Shown here piece by piece: positions 28,380 to 41,243 of a DNA stretch of 64,000 bases (the first letter of the stretch is position 1; every line of letters begins with the position of its first letter). Source of the stretch: Eledone cirrhosa. Its lineage: Eukaryota. The position numbers and the translations under genes were made by a program. The notes beneath the pieces were generated by a model, which ran no database searches, was not told where the DNA came from, and worked only from the letters and a program-made list of their open reading frames with translations. Location: assembly GCA_964016885.1 (NCBI GenBank), contig OZ024740.1:98270001-98334000 (forward strand), written 5' to 3'.

Positions 28380-30495
28380 GTTATAAAAGAGTTGAAATTC
28401 GAGATAATGGTAATTTTTTCAGCTAGACATAAATAACATGGAAGCATTGGAATAAGGTACAGCGTTGAAAATATTACGCCAAGAGATTTCGTAATTAATG
28501 TTTTTGTCTTTTAAGGACCAAATAAGTTCTGAGAGTGCGGTGCTGGTCCTTTTAAGTGGATATTTATATGTGGAAGAATGGTTTTAGAGTCTAGCTTTAA
28601 AAGAAGTAGAAGTAGAGCCAATGAAGGTATAGGTATTGGTACTAGTTACCACTTTACATATATTAGGTTTTTATCGAGACAGAAATTACTAAGATGACAA
28701 TTAGTTCTAATAGGGCAGTTGCATTTACGATTAAGATTATTAAGAGAGTTATTTACCAGTGGCCCAGGATTATTTATATTAGGAACTGGAGTGGTGGAAT
28801 TAGCTAAAGGAGGTGCTAAAGTTCCCTGATTTACATTACTATTTAAGCATTCCTCAAAGATACATTTGACATCGTATTTATATTTATGTTATCTTGCCTA
28901 GAGTTTACATTGACGACGGGCCTTATTATGACTCTCATAGTTGGATGCATATGAATTATTATTTAATATTTTAGAATTATGTCTTGAGATAATTTTCGAA
29001 ATGTTGGAAGTAGTGGAATATGAGAATTTAATGGTATGCTTATTAAAAATCTTGTTATAAATATGTGAAGGGGTGGAATCTGTTATCTAAAGCCCTAAAA
29101 AATAATTTAGGGATATTACTAATAAGTGAAATAGAGAAGGGAGCGTTGTACCAAAGGCTATTTTTATATCTAGGTCTCCTCTTTATGTTACTGGTATGCG
29201 TATAACTAGCTACATTACTATAAGTTCTGCAAATATTACTTTCCTTAGTGTATTTAATTTTGTCTGGATATCCAGCCCTAGATAACGCATTATTATAATA
29301 GTTGGCATTTGTTAGAGGATAAATTAGAAATTATTTTTTCAAAACTTCTGACTATAGCAGTTTTAATATTATTAGGGTGGTTTGATTTAAAGTTAACATA
29401 ATTTAGGTTCTCATTATCCTTATGGTATGGGTAATATAGGTCGGTATCTAGATTAAGGATATATCGAGGAAATTTGCTAATTTATCATCATTCTCAAATT
29501 TTATTTTTAGGTTAAGATGCTTAAATAGTTCAAGTATATTTTTCTTAATAATATTAAAGTTTACTTTGTTACAATTTAAGACAGTAAAAAGAGCATCATC
29601 ACGATATATTCCACCACGAAATTGAGGAATTTTCCGATTTAAAGAGTTCAAGATGTAAATTCCAACGAAGTCTCTCAATTGCGCTGAATCCGACGAACCT
29701 ATGGTGATATCAAAATTGTTGGAAGTATCAGCTCTTGTCCAATATTCATTGTTAAATTCCAGGATGGTTTTCCTTGCGGTGAGAATGATGTTCAAATCAT
29801 CAGTAGTGATGTCCGAGTATTTAGACGCATATGAGAGAGCCTTGTTAAGGAGCGAAGGAGAAATAGAAGAGTAATAGCTAGTAATGTCTAACTGAATAAA
29901 TTTTAGTTTGCTTTTATTATTCAGGTCATTGAACCAGTCTATCACATCAGAAGTACCCGACCATAAATTTAATTGAGAATTAGAGCAAACCTGTGGGATA
30001 ATTCTATTCAAGATGGGTTTACTAACAACCCCCAGGTCAGATTTAGAAGGGGCAATTAGTCTTACAGGCAAGTCGGTTCGAAAATTTAATTTGTGATCTT
30101 TCAGACTAATCCTCGGAATTCTTGGGAAGAAGGGTTGTTTTTTTCCCAATACCAAGTTTGGTAATAATCTCATATGCTTCGGAATTAATAGACTCAAGAT
30201 TATCGTGGGTAGTTTTGCGATCATTTTTTCTTAGTTCTTTATGGATAAGGTTATTATATTTATCCCTAATAAAGTTAAAACTGCTATAGTCAGAAGTGTT
30301 GAAAAAAGAATTTCTAATTTATCCTCTAATAAACATATCTTCGATGCTAATACCAACTATTATAATAATGCATTATCTAGAGCTGGATATCCAGACAAAA
30401 TTAAATACACTAAGGACACTAATCTTTGTGGAACTTATAGTAATGAAGCTAGTTGTAAGCATACCAGTAACATAAAGAGGAGACCTAGATATAAA
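28380..30495 (-). mobile_element. Penelope-like element (RT + decayed GIY-YIG) with an inverted internal duplicate at its truncated 5' end
   Basis: ORF 30224-29448 has QLDITSYYSSIS, ITIGSSDSAQ, IYRDDAL, FLDI; FIGSTSTSFKARL near 28630; 30265-30495 is an inverted copy of ~29165-29375. Confidence 0.88.
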
Positions 30496-30558
30496 AGTAT
30501 GTGGGCAGCGTGCTTTGGTGTTGGATGGCAGTGTTAGTGTGTCTAGTACCAAGTATAT

Positions 30559-30597
<39 letters not shown>

Positions 30598-31619
30598 CAT
30601 ATATACTTACATATACATATATATATACATATAAATGAAAATTAATATATATATACTTATATAAAAACATATATACATATATATAAATGAAAATAAATAC
30701 ATATATACTTATATAAACACATATATACATATATATATATATACACATATATGTATCTATATACATATACACCCAGATATATCTATATACATATACACAC
30801 ACATACACACACATATATCTATATCTATATCTATATATATCATCATCATCCTCATCATCATTTAACATTCATTTTTCCACGTTAGGATGGTGAGTTGTCC
30901 TCTTGTGAGAAATGCCAGCTCACATGACCATGTTTTGCTCATGCAGAACTAATTCAGATATAACAAACCACAATTAAATATGTAATAGATTATACATAGG
31001 TACCCATGGACGAAATACACATATACAAGCAGACCGATACATTTGTGCACATACATAGACACCCACACCATGAAGCAAAAGAAAATGTATATGTATATAT
31101 ATATATACTTCTTTTTTTCAAAATCAACCACCACTGAATTTCCACCCACAAAAAAAGATCTTTATATGATTTCCTTACACACACAAACACACTCACACTC
31201 ACTCCCTCATACACACACACTTACTCACTCACCCTCACACACACTCATACATAAGCACACACACACACCAGGAAACAAAAGAAAAATTATATACTATTTT
31301 TTTACAAAACCAACCATCACTCTAAAAATAGATCTTTGAGAAATTCTGATTTCCTTTCTTTCTACTTACAAAAAAACCTTGAATTTATGAACAATATATA
31401 CCACTATTCATTCACAGGACACAATAGACACACACCTACACAAACAGAGAAATCTTGTCCTGAAAAAGAATTTTGACCAACTGTTTAAATCCCACTGTCA
31501 CACAAAGAATAGTATATATATAAAGAATAATCCTAGCTAAACCCAGATAATCTCATTACATAGAAATGAAGTTTCAACTGTCAAGTTTTCAACAGTTAAT
31601 CTTTGACATTTTATAGTTT

Positions 31620-31660
31620 ATATTTGATGAGGTTAATTTACTTATCGAAACTGGTAATAT
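31620..31660 (+). ncRNA. Degenerate minimal HHR motif
   Basis: ATAT TTGATGA GGTTAA ttta CTTATC GAAAC tg GTA ATAT. Confidence 0.5.
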
Positions 31661-31862
31661 TTTATAATCCCCTGTTTGAAATAAATCTCACTCTGTTGGA
31701 TTAAAGAAAAAGGTGCTTTAAATATTCTTTTGTGCTGTTGCCACTTTTACTTTTTACATATAATCTTTGATTTGTATGGAACTTTATCCTCCTTATATAT
31801 ATATATATAAATATATATATATACACACACATATATATATGTACACACACATATATATGTAT

Positions 31863-31972
31863 CAGGGGTGAAGGGTGCGTGCATGCCTTATAGAATCTTG
31901 AGTTGATCAATTGCGTTGGTTGAAGCAAGCAGAATTTTGGCTGCTTGCTAAAGCGTAGACACGTAAAAAGAC

Positions 31973-32019
<47 letters not shown>

Positions 32020-32240
32020 GACATCGTCGGTTGAAGCAGGCAGAGTTTTGGCTGCTTACTAAATCGTAGACACATAAAAAGATAACACACACACACACTA
32101 GATAACACTACATGCGGCTTTGACCGGGAAGATCATTTAGAGGGAATTGGGGGGGGGGGGGGGGTAAGGCTGCACAACCCCACTTTCCGTCATGGCGATT
32201 GGACAGCAAGCCCTGCTTTACAGGTTACTCTTCGCCACTG
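31863..32240. mobile_element. Non-autonomous hAT-like MITE
   Basis: Imperfect TIRs CAGGGGTGAAGGGT / ACTCTTCGCCACTG, 8-bp flanking duplication ATATGTAT, internal ~65-bp direct repeat. Confidence 0.7.
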
Positions 32241-32312
32241 ATATGTATATATATATATATATATATTTATTAAAATAACAGATTAAATTAATATTAATAT
32301 ATATATATATAT

Positions 32313-32864
32313 TAATAAGGTAATGAATTCTTTTACAATGGAATCAGCTCGAATGAGGAAAAATATCCCCTGAGCAGTGTATAAATTAATATGTATGTGA
32401 TGAAACACAGATACCAACACATCTGTATATATATTGCAAAAGAAAAATTTAGCCAGATTGAAGTATACTAATTATTATACTACAGTTTGTCCATATCGAT
32501 TTAAAATAATAAATCAACGGAGACGAACTGTATTGGCAAAAGGCCGTGATGTTTAGACACATTTAAATTTCAAAATCAAACCTGTTCCGTAGATAAGTTT
32601 AGACTTTAAGATCCAAATATGTTTCGAGTTAAATAAGTGTAGGAATATCATGTCCCGCTCTCCTCAGTAAACATCCAGAGACAAATTGATATGCTTCACT
32701 TCTAAATAATTTAAAAGACTGCGTGACGCACATGGCTTTACAGTATCTAACTAGTCTCATAACCGTACTGCTAGAAATAACAGTCGTATATATGAGGCGG
32801 CTTTGCAGCTCAAACTAGGAGCAGTTAAAATTAATAAGGTAATGAATTCTTTTACAATGGAATC

Positions 32865-32914
<50 letters not shown>

Positions 32915-32970
32915 GATAAGATATCAATGATCCTTTCTTGTTTCCTTCATGCTATTCTCATCCTCTAAAC

Positions 32971-33034
<64 letters not shown>

Positions 33035-33851
33035 AGGAATTATTTTACAATGGAATCAGCTCGAATGAGGAGAGCGGGACATGATATTCCTACACTTATT
33101 TAACTCGAAACATATTTGGATCTTAAAGTCTAAACTTATCTACGGAACAGGTTTGATTTTGAAATTTAAATGTGTCTAAACATCACGGCCTTTTGCCAAT
33201 ACAGTTCGTCTCCGTTGATTTATTATTTTAAATCGATATGGACAAACTGTAGTATAATAATTAGTATACTTCAATCTGGCTAAATTTTTCTTCTGCAATA
33301 TATATACAGATGTGTTGGTATCTGTGTTTCATCACATACATATTAATTTATACACTGCTCAGGGGATATTTTTCCTCATTCGAGCTGATTCCATTGTAAA
33401 AGAATTCATTACCTTATTAATTTTAACTGCTCCTAGTTTGAGCTGCAAAGCCGCCTCATATATACGACTGTTATTTCTAGCAGTACGGTTATGAGACTAG
33501 TTAGATACTGTAAAGCCATGTGCGTCACGCAGTCTTTTAAATTATTTAGAAGTGAAGCATATCAATTTGTCTCTGGATGTTTACTGAGGAGAGCGGGACA
33601 TGATATTCCTACACTTATTTAAATCGAAACATATTTGGATCTTAAAGTCTAAACTTATCTACGGAACAGGTTTGATTTTGAAATTTAAATGTGTCTAAAC
33701 ATCACGGCCTTTTGCCAATACAGTTCGTCTCCGTTGACTTATTATTTTAAATCGATATGGACAAACTGTAGTATAATAATTAGTATACTTCAATCTGGCT
33801 AAATTTTTCTTTTGCAATATATATACAGATGTGTTGGTATCTGTGTTTCAT

Positions 33852-33855
<4 letters not shown>
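32313..33855. repeat. ~520-bp HHR-containing unit arranged as inverted, circularly permuted tandem arrays (retrozyme-like)
   Basis: 32313-32866 is terminally redundant; 33066-33855 is ~1.5 units in the opposite orientation. HHR GTTTA CTGAGGA GAG...CTC GAAAC...GTC TAAAC at 32597-32672 (-) and 33579-33654 (+). Confidence 0.85.
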
Positions 33856-33882
<27 letters not shown>

Positions 33883-33888
33883 TAGAAA

Positions 33889-34050
33889 GTTAGAAAGTGA
33901 ACAACACAATACATAACTACTCCATTACCAAAGGTTTCAGGACACTAGAAAATATACAAACGTGAACGATCTAGACATATGTTAATATTGTCTAGGGCTC
34001 TGAAACCTTTTGTAATGGAGTAGTTATATATTGTGTTGTTCACTTTCTAA
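33889..34050. repeat. Short fold-back cassette
   Basis: AGAAAGTGAACAACACAATACATAACTACTCCATTAC... inverted at 33990-34050. Confidence 0.8.
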
Positions 34051-34140
34051 TTAAATAGCTCTGTTCTATACATAGAGGACTCGTTTTTGCTTTGCTTTTT
34101 CTTCGGAAATACTTAACATATATATATATTTATTTATTAA

Positions 34141-34360
34141 CCCTTTAGCATTTAAATTATTGTATAGTTAGTATTGTATTTTCACAGTAAAGGCTTTATT
34201 TTCCATAATTATCTATGTAATATCAAATCTACGAAATTTTGATGACACTTATTTTGAGAACAATACCTTAATATAGGTATGAGCAGCCAGTTACGGCTGG
34301 TTTGAACAGAAAGAGGTGGGAGAATTCTGGCCGGATATGGCCGGTTTGAATGATAAAGGG
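34141..34360. mobile_element. piggyBac-type MITE
   Basis: TTAA|CCCTTTAGCATTTAAA...TTTGAATGATAAAGGG|TTAA. Confidence 0.8.
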
Positions 34361-34960
34361 TTAACATGACAGTTTCAAGTTTAATCAAAGAATCGCTGCT
34401 TTCACCCTTAACGGGATCTTCTGAAAGCTGAAAGTAGCAATTCTTTGCTTAAACTTTAATCTGTTATTTTAATAAATATTTGCTCTATAGTTTTTATATA
34501 TTATTATATATACATATATATATATATTATCCTTATCGAGCCCTCTTCGGATTTTAGTCTTCACGTTTGTTACTATTACTATATATCATCACCGTTTTTA
34601 CGTTCATTCTTCCATGATAGCATGGGTTAAACGGGTTGTCCTGTTGTGGGCAGTGTCCGGTCGGCTGACCTTATCTTGCTCATACGAGAATTGATTCTGG
34701 CTGAATCTAGCTTGATTTCTACAGCTGGATGTCCTTCCTAACACCAACCACATTTACAGTTAGTGGTGGGGGCTTTTTTGCAGTGGAACCTCCACGACCA
34801 CTTTGCAGTGTGGGCTCAGTGCTTTTTAACCGTGGCACCTCCACCACCACTTTGCAGTGGAAGGATAGGGACCCCTGTCCTATCGTTTCATTTCTACAGT
34901 TGAGTAAAACTGGAGCAATGTGAAATACATACATATATACATATTTATATGTATATATGT

Positions 34961-35010
<50 letters not shown>

Positions 35011-35109
35011 TTATTTATTTACGTAGACCACGGAGCATATGCGCATAAATGCACCTGTACCGTGTCGTATTAGTGACAGTATTGTATAAGCTCAATGAAC
35101 AGAGCAGTT

Positions 35110-35788
35110 ATATGTAAAAGAAATCAAAGAACGCCTACATACTCATACAATATTTCATCCATACCATTGGAATTATGTGGTCCACATAATTCCGTAACCT
35201 ACTAGTATACCTTGATTATATATACTATGGGGAGGAATAAAATCCCCTTTGGGCTTTCTGATGATACCTTGGGAGCCTTTTAGTATTTCTATAACTATTA
35301 GTTATGGAGAGCTAAATCACCTGTTATATATAGTGATCAACGCATAGCTGCCTCTGTTTTTTGTGTGCTTCAAATTTTATTTTTTTTTATTTTTTTATTT
35401 TTTTAATTTTGTTTATCTCTTTATATTATTATTTTCCTTTTACTTTTTATTATATGTTTTAACTATTGTTTATACCTTTTGCCTTTTCGTGCATTCACGT
35501 GCCTCTGCATCTTGTGAAGATATCTGCTTGTACCATTGCATTTAGCTGTAGTGCTGAATAACAACCCCACTATACACTCGCTCCATACACGCCATTCACG
35601 ATCTCCCTCTTTTTGCTCTCTATTGTATTTCTAATGCTCATGTTACTAAGCTCGGTAAAGCTTATACTCAGCACTGTATTTTTGTTTATAAAACACTGAT
35701 GATTCCTGCCCAATGGTATGGATGAAACATTGTCAGCAAATAAAAATTCCATGAGTATGTAGGCGTTCTTTGATTTCTTTTAGATATA
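35110..35788 (+). repeat. Fold-back cassette with ~37-bp arms and an HHR core at 35696-35734
   Basis: AAAGAAATCAAAGAACGCCTACATACTCAT inverted at 35751-35781. CTGATGA TTCCTGCC caat GGTATGGAT GAAAC att GTC; stem I is poor. Confidence 0.7.
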
Positions 35789-35922
35789 TATATATACATA
35801 AACACGAATAGTTTTACAATTTGGGTACAGCTTTGCTATCAAATATGTTATATTAAAATTCTGTTTGTTCAATTCATGCATTTATATATGTAGAAATGGA
35901 CGTTAAACAGTGATGATATATT

Positions 35923-35953
<31 letters not shown>

Positions 35954-35956
<3 letters not shown>

Positions 35957-36122
35957 GGAACCAGTAAGACCCCGACGGCTAATTCAGTCCAGAATTAGCC
36001 GTCGAAACGGCTTGAGCTCAGCCGTCGGGGCCTTACTGATTCCTATTACCCACTCTACTACCCTAAGTATTGAGTACTTTGGTGCGTTATGGTCCACCTG
36101 GTTCCTTACCACATTTCCTTCG

Positions 36123-36125
<3 letters not shown>
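35954..36125 (+). repeat. Miniature hairpin member of the 22-23 kb family
   Basis: Same termini (ATAGGAACCAGTAAGACCCCGAC...CATTTCCTTCGTTA); only the 3' half of the HHR is kept. Confidence 0.85.
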
Positions 36126-36184
<59 letters not shown>

Positions 36185-36341
36185 GTATATATATATACCC
36201 ACACACACAGACACTAACACAAACATACATATATGTATATGTATGTATCTAAACACACATATATTCAAACATACACTCAGACAAAATATACATACACACA
36301 TATCATCATCATATCATCAACATCATTTGATGATGATGGTA

Positions 36342-36376
<35 letters not shown>

Positions 36377-36383
<7 letters not shown>

Positions 36384-36797
36384 AAAGATCAAAAGATGGT
36401 TAAAGGAGTTACATGTATTTTATTATGCGCATTTCAAAAACAAACATCATCATGCAATAATATTTGTGTTTTCATCAGATAAAACAGGAGAACATGATAT
36501 GAAGGCTAAAAAACACTTGTGGATAGTGCAGTTTTAAATCAACATATCAAAACTGCACTATCCACAAGTGTTTTTTAGCCTTCATATCATGTTCTCCTGT
36601 TTTATCTGATGAAAACACAAATATTATTGCATGATGATGTTTGTTTTTGAAATGCGCATAATAAAATACATGGAACTCCTTTAACCATCTTTTGATCTCA
36701 TATATTATGTATACTCCAGTCCTACAAACTGTAGAGTGCTTCTTATCCGATATCTGCATTGCTTTATTGTACTACAATAAAACTCACCTCCTACATC
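36377..36797. repeat. Palindromic cassette (~160-bp arms), intact HHR in each arm, plus ~90-bp extension
   Basis: TTTTAT CTGATGA AAACAC...TGTTTTT GAAA TGCGCA TA ATAAAA at 36600-36666 (+) and 36418-36484 (-). Confidence 0.9.
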
Positions 36798-36819
36798 ATA
36801 TATATATATATATGAGGGT

Positions 36820-38945
36820 GTTAAAGTTTGCTTGAAGCATTGTGAAATGTGTAAAATACGTAGTTGAGAAAGCCACAACAATGCAGAGGGAAATCTCGAG
36901 GTAGGAAGTGAATGATAGATAGGAGAAACAGGTGAAAGTGAAAATTGAGAGAGACAAAGATGAAAACAAAACAAAGGTAGAAGGGTTACCGTAGTGGAGA
37001 TTTAATCCCAATATTTCGGGCTCACGCCCATCAACGGGGGAAAGTTCCAAAAGGGGGGGAACAGGCCAAGCGGAGAAAGTTGTGATGTCGTTAAGACAGG
37101 AATGCCGTTATGGGGAGAAAATTATTTAAAATTTAAACGAGGGAAAGAATGCGCGTGCGCGTGATAGGCTGTGGCAAAAGCTACTGACCAAATGGGTTAA
37201 ATCAAGAGGGTGCGCTAGCGTGTGAAAGCCGTAAAATATGTGTGTGTAAATATATATGTGTGTGTAACTGTGTGTGTATAAGTGTAAGTGTGTATATGTG
37301 TGAGTGTGTGTGTGTGTGAAAGATAGTGGGCTGTAGAAGCTGGAAATCAAAGGGTGTGAAAGGTGGTAGGTTGTAAAACATGTGTGCGTGTATAAATATA
37401 GATGTGTGTGTGTAAGCGTATGGGTATACATGTGTGTGTAACTGTGTGTGTATATGTGTGAGTACGTGTGTGTGTGAAAGATAGTGGGCTGTAGAAGCTG
37501 GAAATCAAAGGGTGTGAAAGGTGGTAGGTTGTAAAAACATGTGTGCGTGTATAAATATAGATGTGTGTGTGTATGCGTATGGGTATGCATATACGTGCGT
37601 GTGTGTGAAGATAGCAGGCCGTAGGCTGTGAAAGGTCACTATGGTTAAGTTAGCCATGTCAGCTCATTTCTCTCAGCCCGGTTGTTAAGTGGGGGTCTGA
37701 GGTTCTTAATAACAAGTGCTTCCTTTATCCTTAAGGATCCGATGCTGCGTTCAGTCGCTAGGACTGTGACCAAGGGTCTACCCTGTGGGTTTCCGCATTT
37801 AAGGATGTGTTTACGGAAGGAAGATGCGTTGGTGTTGATATGTTCCTTGATACGAACATGTAGGGGTCGGATGGTGCTACCTATGTAAAACTTGTTACAT
37901 TTATCGCATTGAATCTTATATACGACATAGGTGCGTAGGCAATCTGCCCCCGTATCGGGCAGTTGCTGAGGGAACACGTCCCATCTGACTCGTCGGGTTT
38001 GTTGGAGAGGCATCTTCGCAGCGAAGGTCCTGTGTGGGCCAAATGTATGTCAAGTCCCTCCGTCCGTATGGCCCTGCGGATGGCGTTCGTGGTAAATTCA
38101 CTCAGGTGGGGGATTTTAAAGAAGCACCTGCTTTTATTTAAGTTTCTAGTGGGTGTCTGTCTATTGGGTCTGGGGTCTCTAATTCCGTTAATCAGTCGCT
38201 TGGGATAACCATTAGATCTGAGTAGATTACGGAATTGCGTAGTATGGGTGAGACCACCCATCGGGTCGCTGCATCTGTTAGTTATCCGTGTCAGTTCATT
38301 TAGGACATAGCCTCTCTCAGCGTTGTTGGGGAGGGCTGAGTTATAATGCACAAATAAGTCCTTGCACGCTGCTTTGCGGTAGAAGGTGGTGTTTATGTCT
38401 CCTTCTTCCGAGATGTTGGTACAGAAGTCGAGGAGGGCGAGTGACCCGTCTTCTCCTGGGTGTTCGATGGTGAAATCGACGTGATGGTCAGTATCGTTGA
38501 AGATTTGGTGAATTTCATTCGCCATCTCCCGGGAAGAAGTAAGTATCAGGATATCATCAACGTATCTGGAGTAGAAAGCGACGGCGTTGGGTTGGCAGGT
38601 ATTGAGTGCCTTGCGTTCCAGGTGGTCCATGTACGAGATCGCAAGTATGCCGGATAGACTAGAGCCCATAGGTAGCCCAGAGATTTGTTTGTACGTGTGG
38701 CCGAGGAAATTGAAGAGTGCATTATCCACAACGAAGGAGAGGAGTTGGTGGATGTCCGTGTGTGTGAGTCCGAAGCAGTGTAAGTTAGATGCTCGGACTC
38801 GTTCGGTCAACAGGTCGACAGCTGGGGATGCTGGTACGGAGGTATAAAGGGCCACCACATCAAGACTGAAGGCATAACCGTTGTCCTTTCTGGTGTTGGG
38901 CGCCAGATGGTGTAGTCGCTCCAAGACCTCCTTTGAGCTGCAGAC
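36820..38945 (-). mobile_element. Penelope-like element (RT + GIY-YIG, one frameshift), 5'-truncated
   Basis: [45 protein letters not shown]; VVYKIQCDKCNKFYIGSTIRPLHVRIKEH; ~158-bp tandem repeat in the 3' UTR; degenerate HHR-like at 37007-37040. Confidence 0.93.
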
Positions 38946-39023
38946 GTAGGCTGGTAGTGTGTGTAGAATATATATATATATGTAGAATATATATATATAT
39001 ATATATGTGTATATATATATGTA

Positions 39024-39084
<61 letters not shown>

Positions 39085-39404
39085 AGAGAGAGAGAGATTT
39101 GTTTTTTTCCGGGTATGTCAATATTTATTTAGGTATGAGCAGTCAGTTTATAAAAATAAAAATAGAATCTACACACAGAAAAGATACAATGTTTAGACAA
39201 ATCACAGAGGCAATAAACATAAATAAACTCCAACCAAAATTAAATAGAAAGCATGGATAGAATAGCAACATCACACCTTACAATTAAGGACAACATGAAA
39301 ACACACACACATATAGAACAAACAACCAACCAGTAACATGTAAATAAACAAATATAAACACACACAGACACCCGGATGTAACACGTGCGCAAACTAAGCA
39401 CACA

Positions 39405-39732
39405 ACACACACAAAAAGAAGATGGCGTAGGACAGAACAAAGGAGAGGCACAAAAACAAAGAAAATAATCCCAGTCACTGAAGAGGTCACATAATGTGTG
39501 ACGAAAGAACTTTGACAATATATGAACAATCGTCTGGTTGTGGAAACAACCAACCAACCGGAAATTTATAAATTCCTAAATTTATAAATTTAATTTATAA
39601 TAAATTGAAGTGACAGTTATTGGTGCATGTGTTTCTTATTGGCAACATGACCCTCCCAAAGTATAACAATATCGGTTTCAACACACGTTTTCAGATAAAG
39701 AATCTTGCTAAACAAATTCAGAAACGAAATAT
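39405..39732 (+). repeat. pLTR-like cassette with minimal HHR (39474-39516)
   Basis: Near-identical to 20985-21230. Confidence 0.8.
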
Positions 39733-39744
39733 ATATAATATATT

Positions 39745-40785
39745 TATATCATCATCATCATCATCATCAACGTTTAACGTCCGTGTTCCACGCTTGCATG
39801 GGTTTGGACGGGGGTAGTCCCACTTGAGGCAAGAGTGATTGTCTTGCTCGCATAGGACTGTCTGGCAGGTTTTCTACAGTTGGATGCCCTTCCTAACACC
39901 AACCACATTTACAGTGTGGGTCTGGGAGGTTTTTACCGTGTTGCCTACACGGCCACATTACAGCGTGGACTGTGTGTTTTTTTGTCGTGACACCTACACG
40001 ATCTCATTTGTTTCGGCCTGGATGGCGCGGCACCAACATAACTTTACATAGAACGGGGTGGTGTGGATGGGGTGGGGGTGGCGGCGGGAGGGGTGTATTT
40101 GTTAGATATGCCTACTGGCAAGGCGGGTCTTCTCTGTTACTGAGTACCGCCAAAGGTCACGGTCCAGTGACATTGTCTTGGAGAGGTGTAAGTGTGTGAG
40201 GTCGGAGTTTATCAGCTCATCCCATGTTTTTCTAGGTCTGCCTATTCCGTGGTTACCGTCTATCTTTATTGCCCTGCACTTTGTAATACAGCTATCGACT
40301 TTCATGCGCATCACGTGTCCATACCAACGCAGCCTTCTCTCGAGTAAACAACATCTGATCCCTCTTATCTCTAATTTTTTCCTTAGTTCGTTTATGCTTT
40401 GCCGTTCACGTATATTACTGTTACACATCCAGCGGAGCATGCAAGCTTCGTTCCTCTCTAGTCTGCGTATATCCTCTGCACACAATGCCCATGTCTCACT
40501 ACCATGCAACATTGCTGTTCGTATGCAGGCATCGTACAACCTGCCTTTCATTTTTAGGGAGAACCCTTTAGCAGCTAATAGTGGTATAAGCTCTCTGAAC
40601 TTTTTCCAACCAGTTCTGACTCTAGCTACAGTACTTTCAGAGCACCCTCCCCCACTGCTGATTTTATCGCCCAGGTAACGGAAGCTGTCCACTATTTCTA
40701 TAGAACCCTCTGCGCAATTGAAAGAGCTAGTATTTTGTGGGCACTTGCTGCTACTTATTGCACCAGAACACCGGCCACATGTAAA

Positions 40786-40790
<5 letters not shown>
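39745..40790 (-). mobile_element. RTE LINE 3' end, closely similar inverted counterpart of 42705-43870
   Basis: ORF 40857-40102 FRYLGDKISSGGG...GRPRKTWDELINSDL; tail. Confidence 0.92.
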
Positions 40791-40816
<26 letters not shown>

Positions 40817-41243
40817 AGATGACCTGGTATGAGGTGATAAAAGCCGACCTTACCCAATTACACCTCTCAAAGGTGATGACACACAACCGTGACCTCTGTC
40901 GTCACGCAGTAATACAGAGTACCCGACCTCCCATGGGTACAAGCTGAATCATATAGACAATATGACCCCCCCCCCCCACTGTAAGGTGGTCGTGGAGATG
41001 CCACGGCAAAAAGCACCCAGCCCACACTGTAAAGTGGACGTGTGGGCGCCACGAAAAAGCACCCAGCACTCACTGTAAATGAGATTGGTGTTTGAAGGGC
41101 ATCCAGCTGTAGAAATCAAGCCAAATCAGTTCCTGTATGAGCAAGGCATGGTCAGCCGACCAGACACTGCCCACAACAGGACAACCCGTCTAACCCATGC
41201 TGGCGTGGAAGAACGGACGTAAAACGGTGATGATGATGATGAT

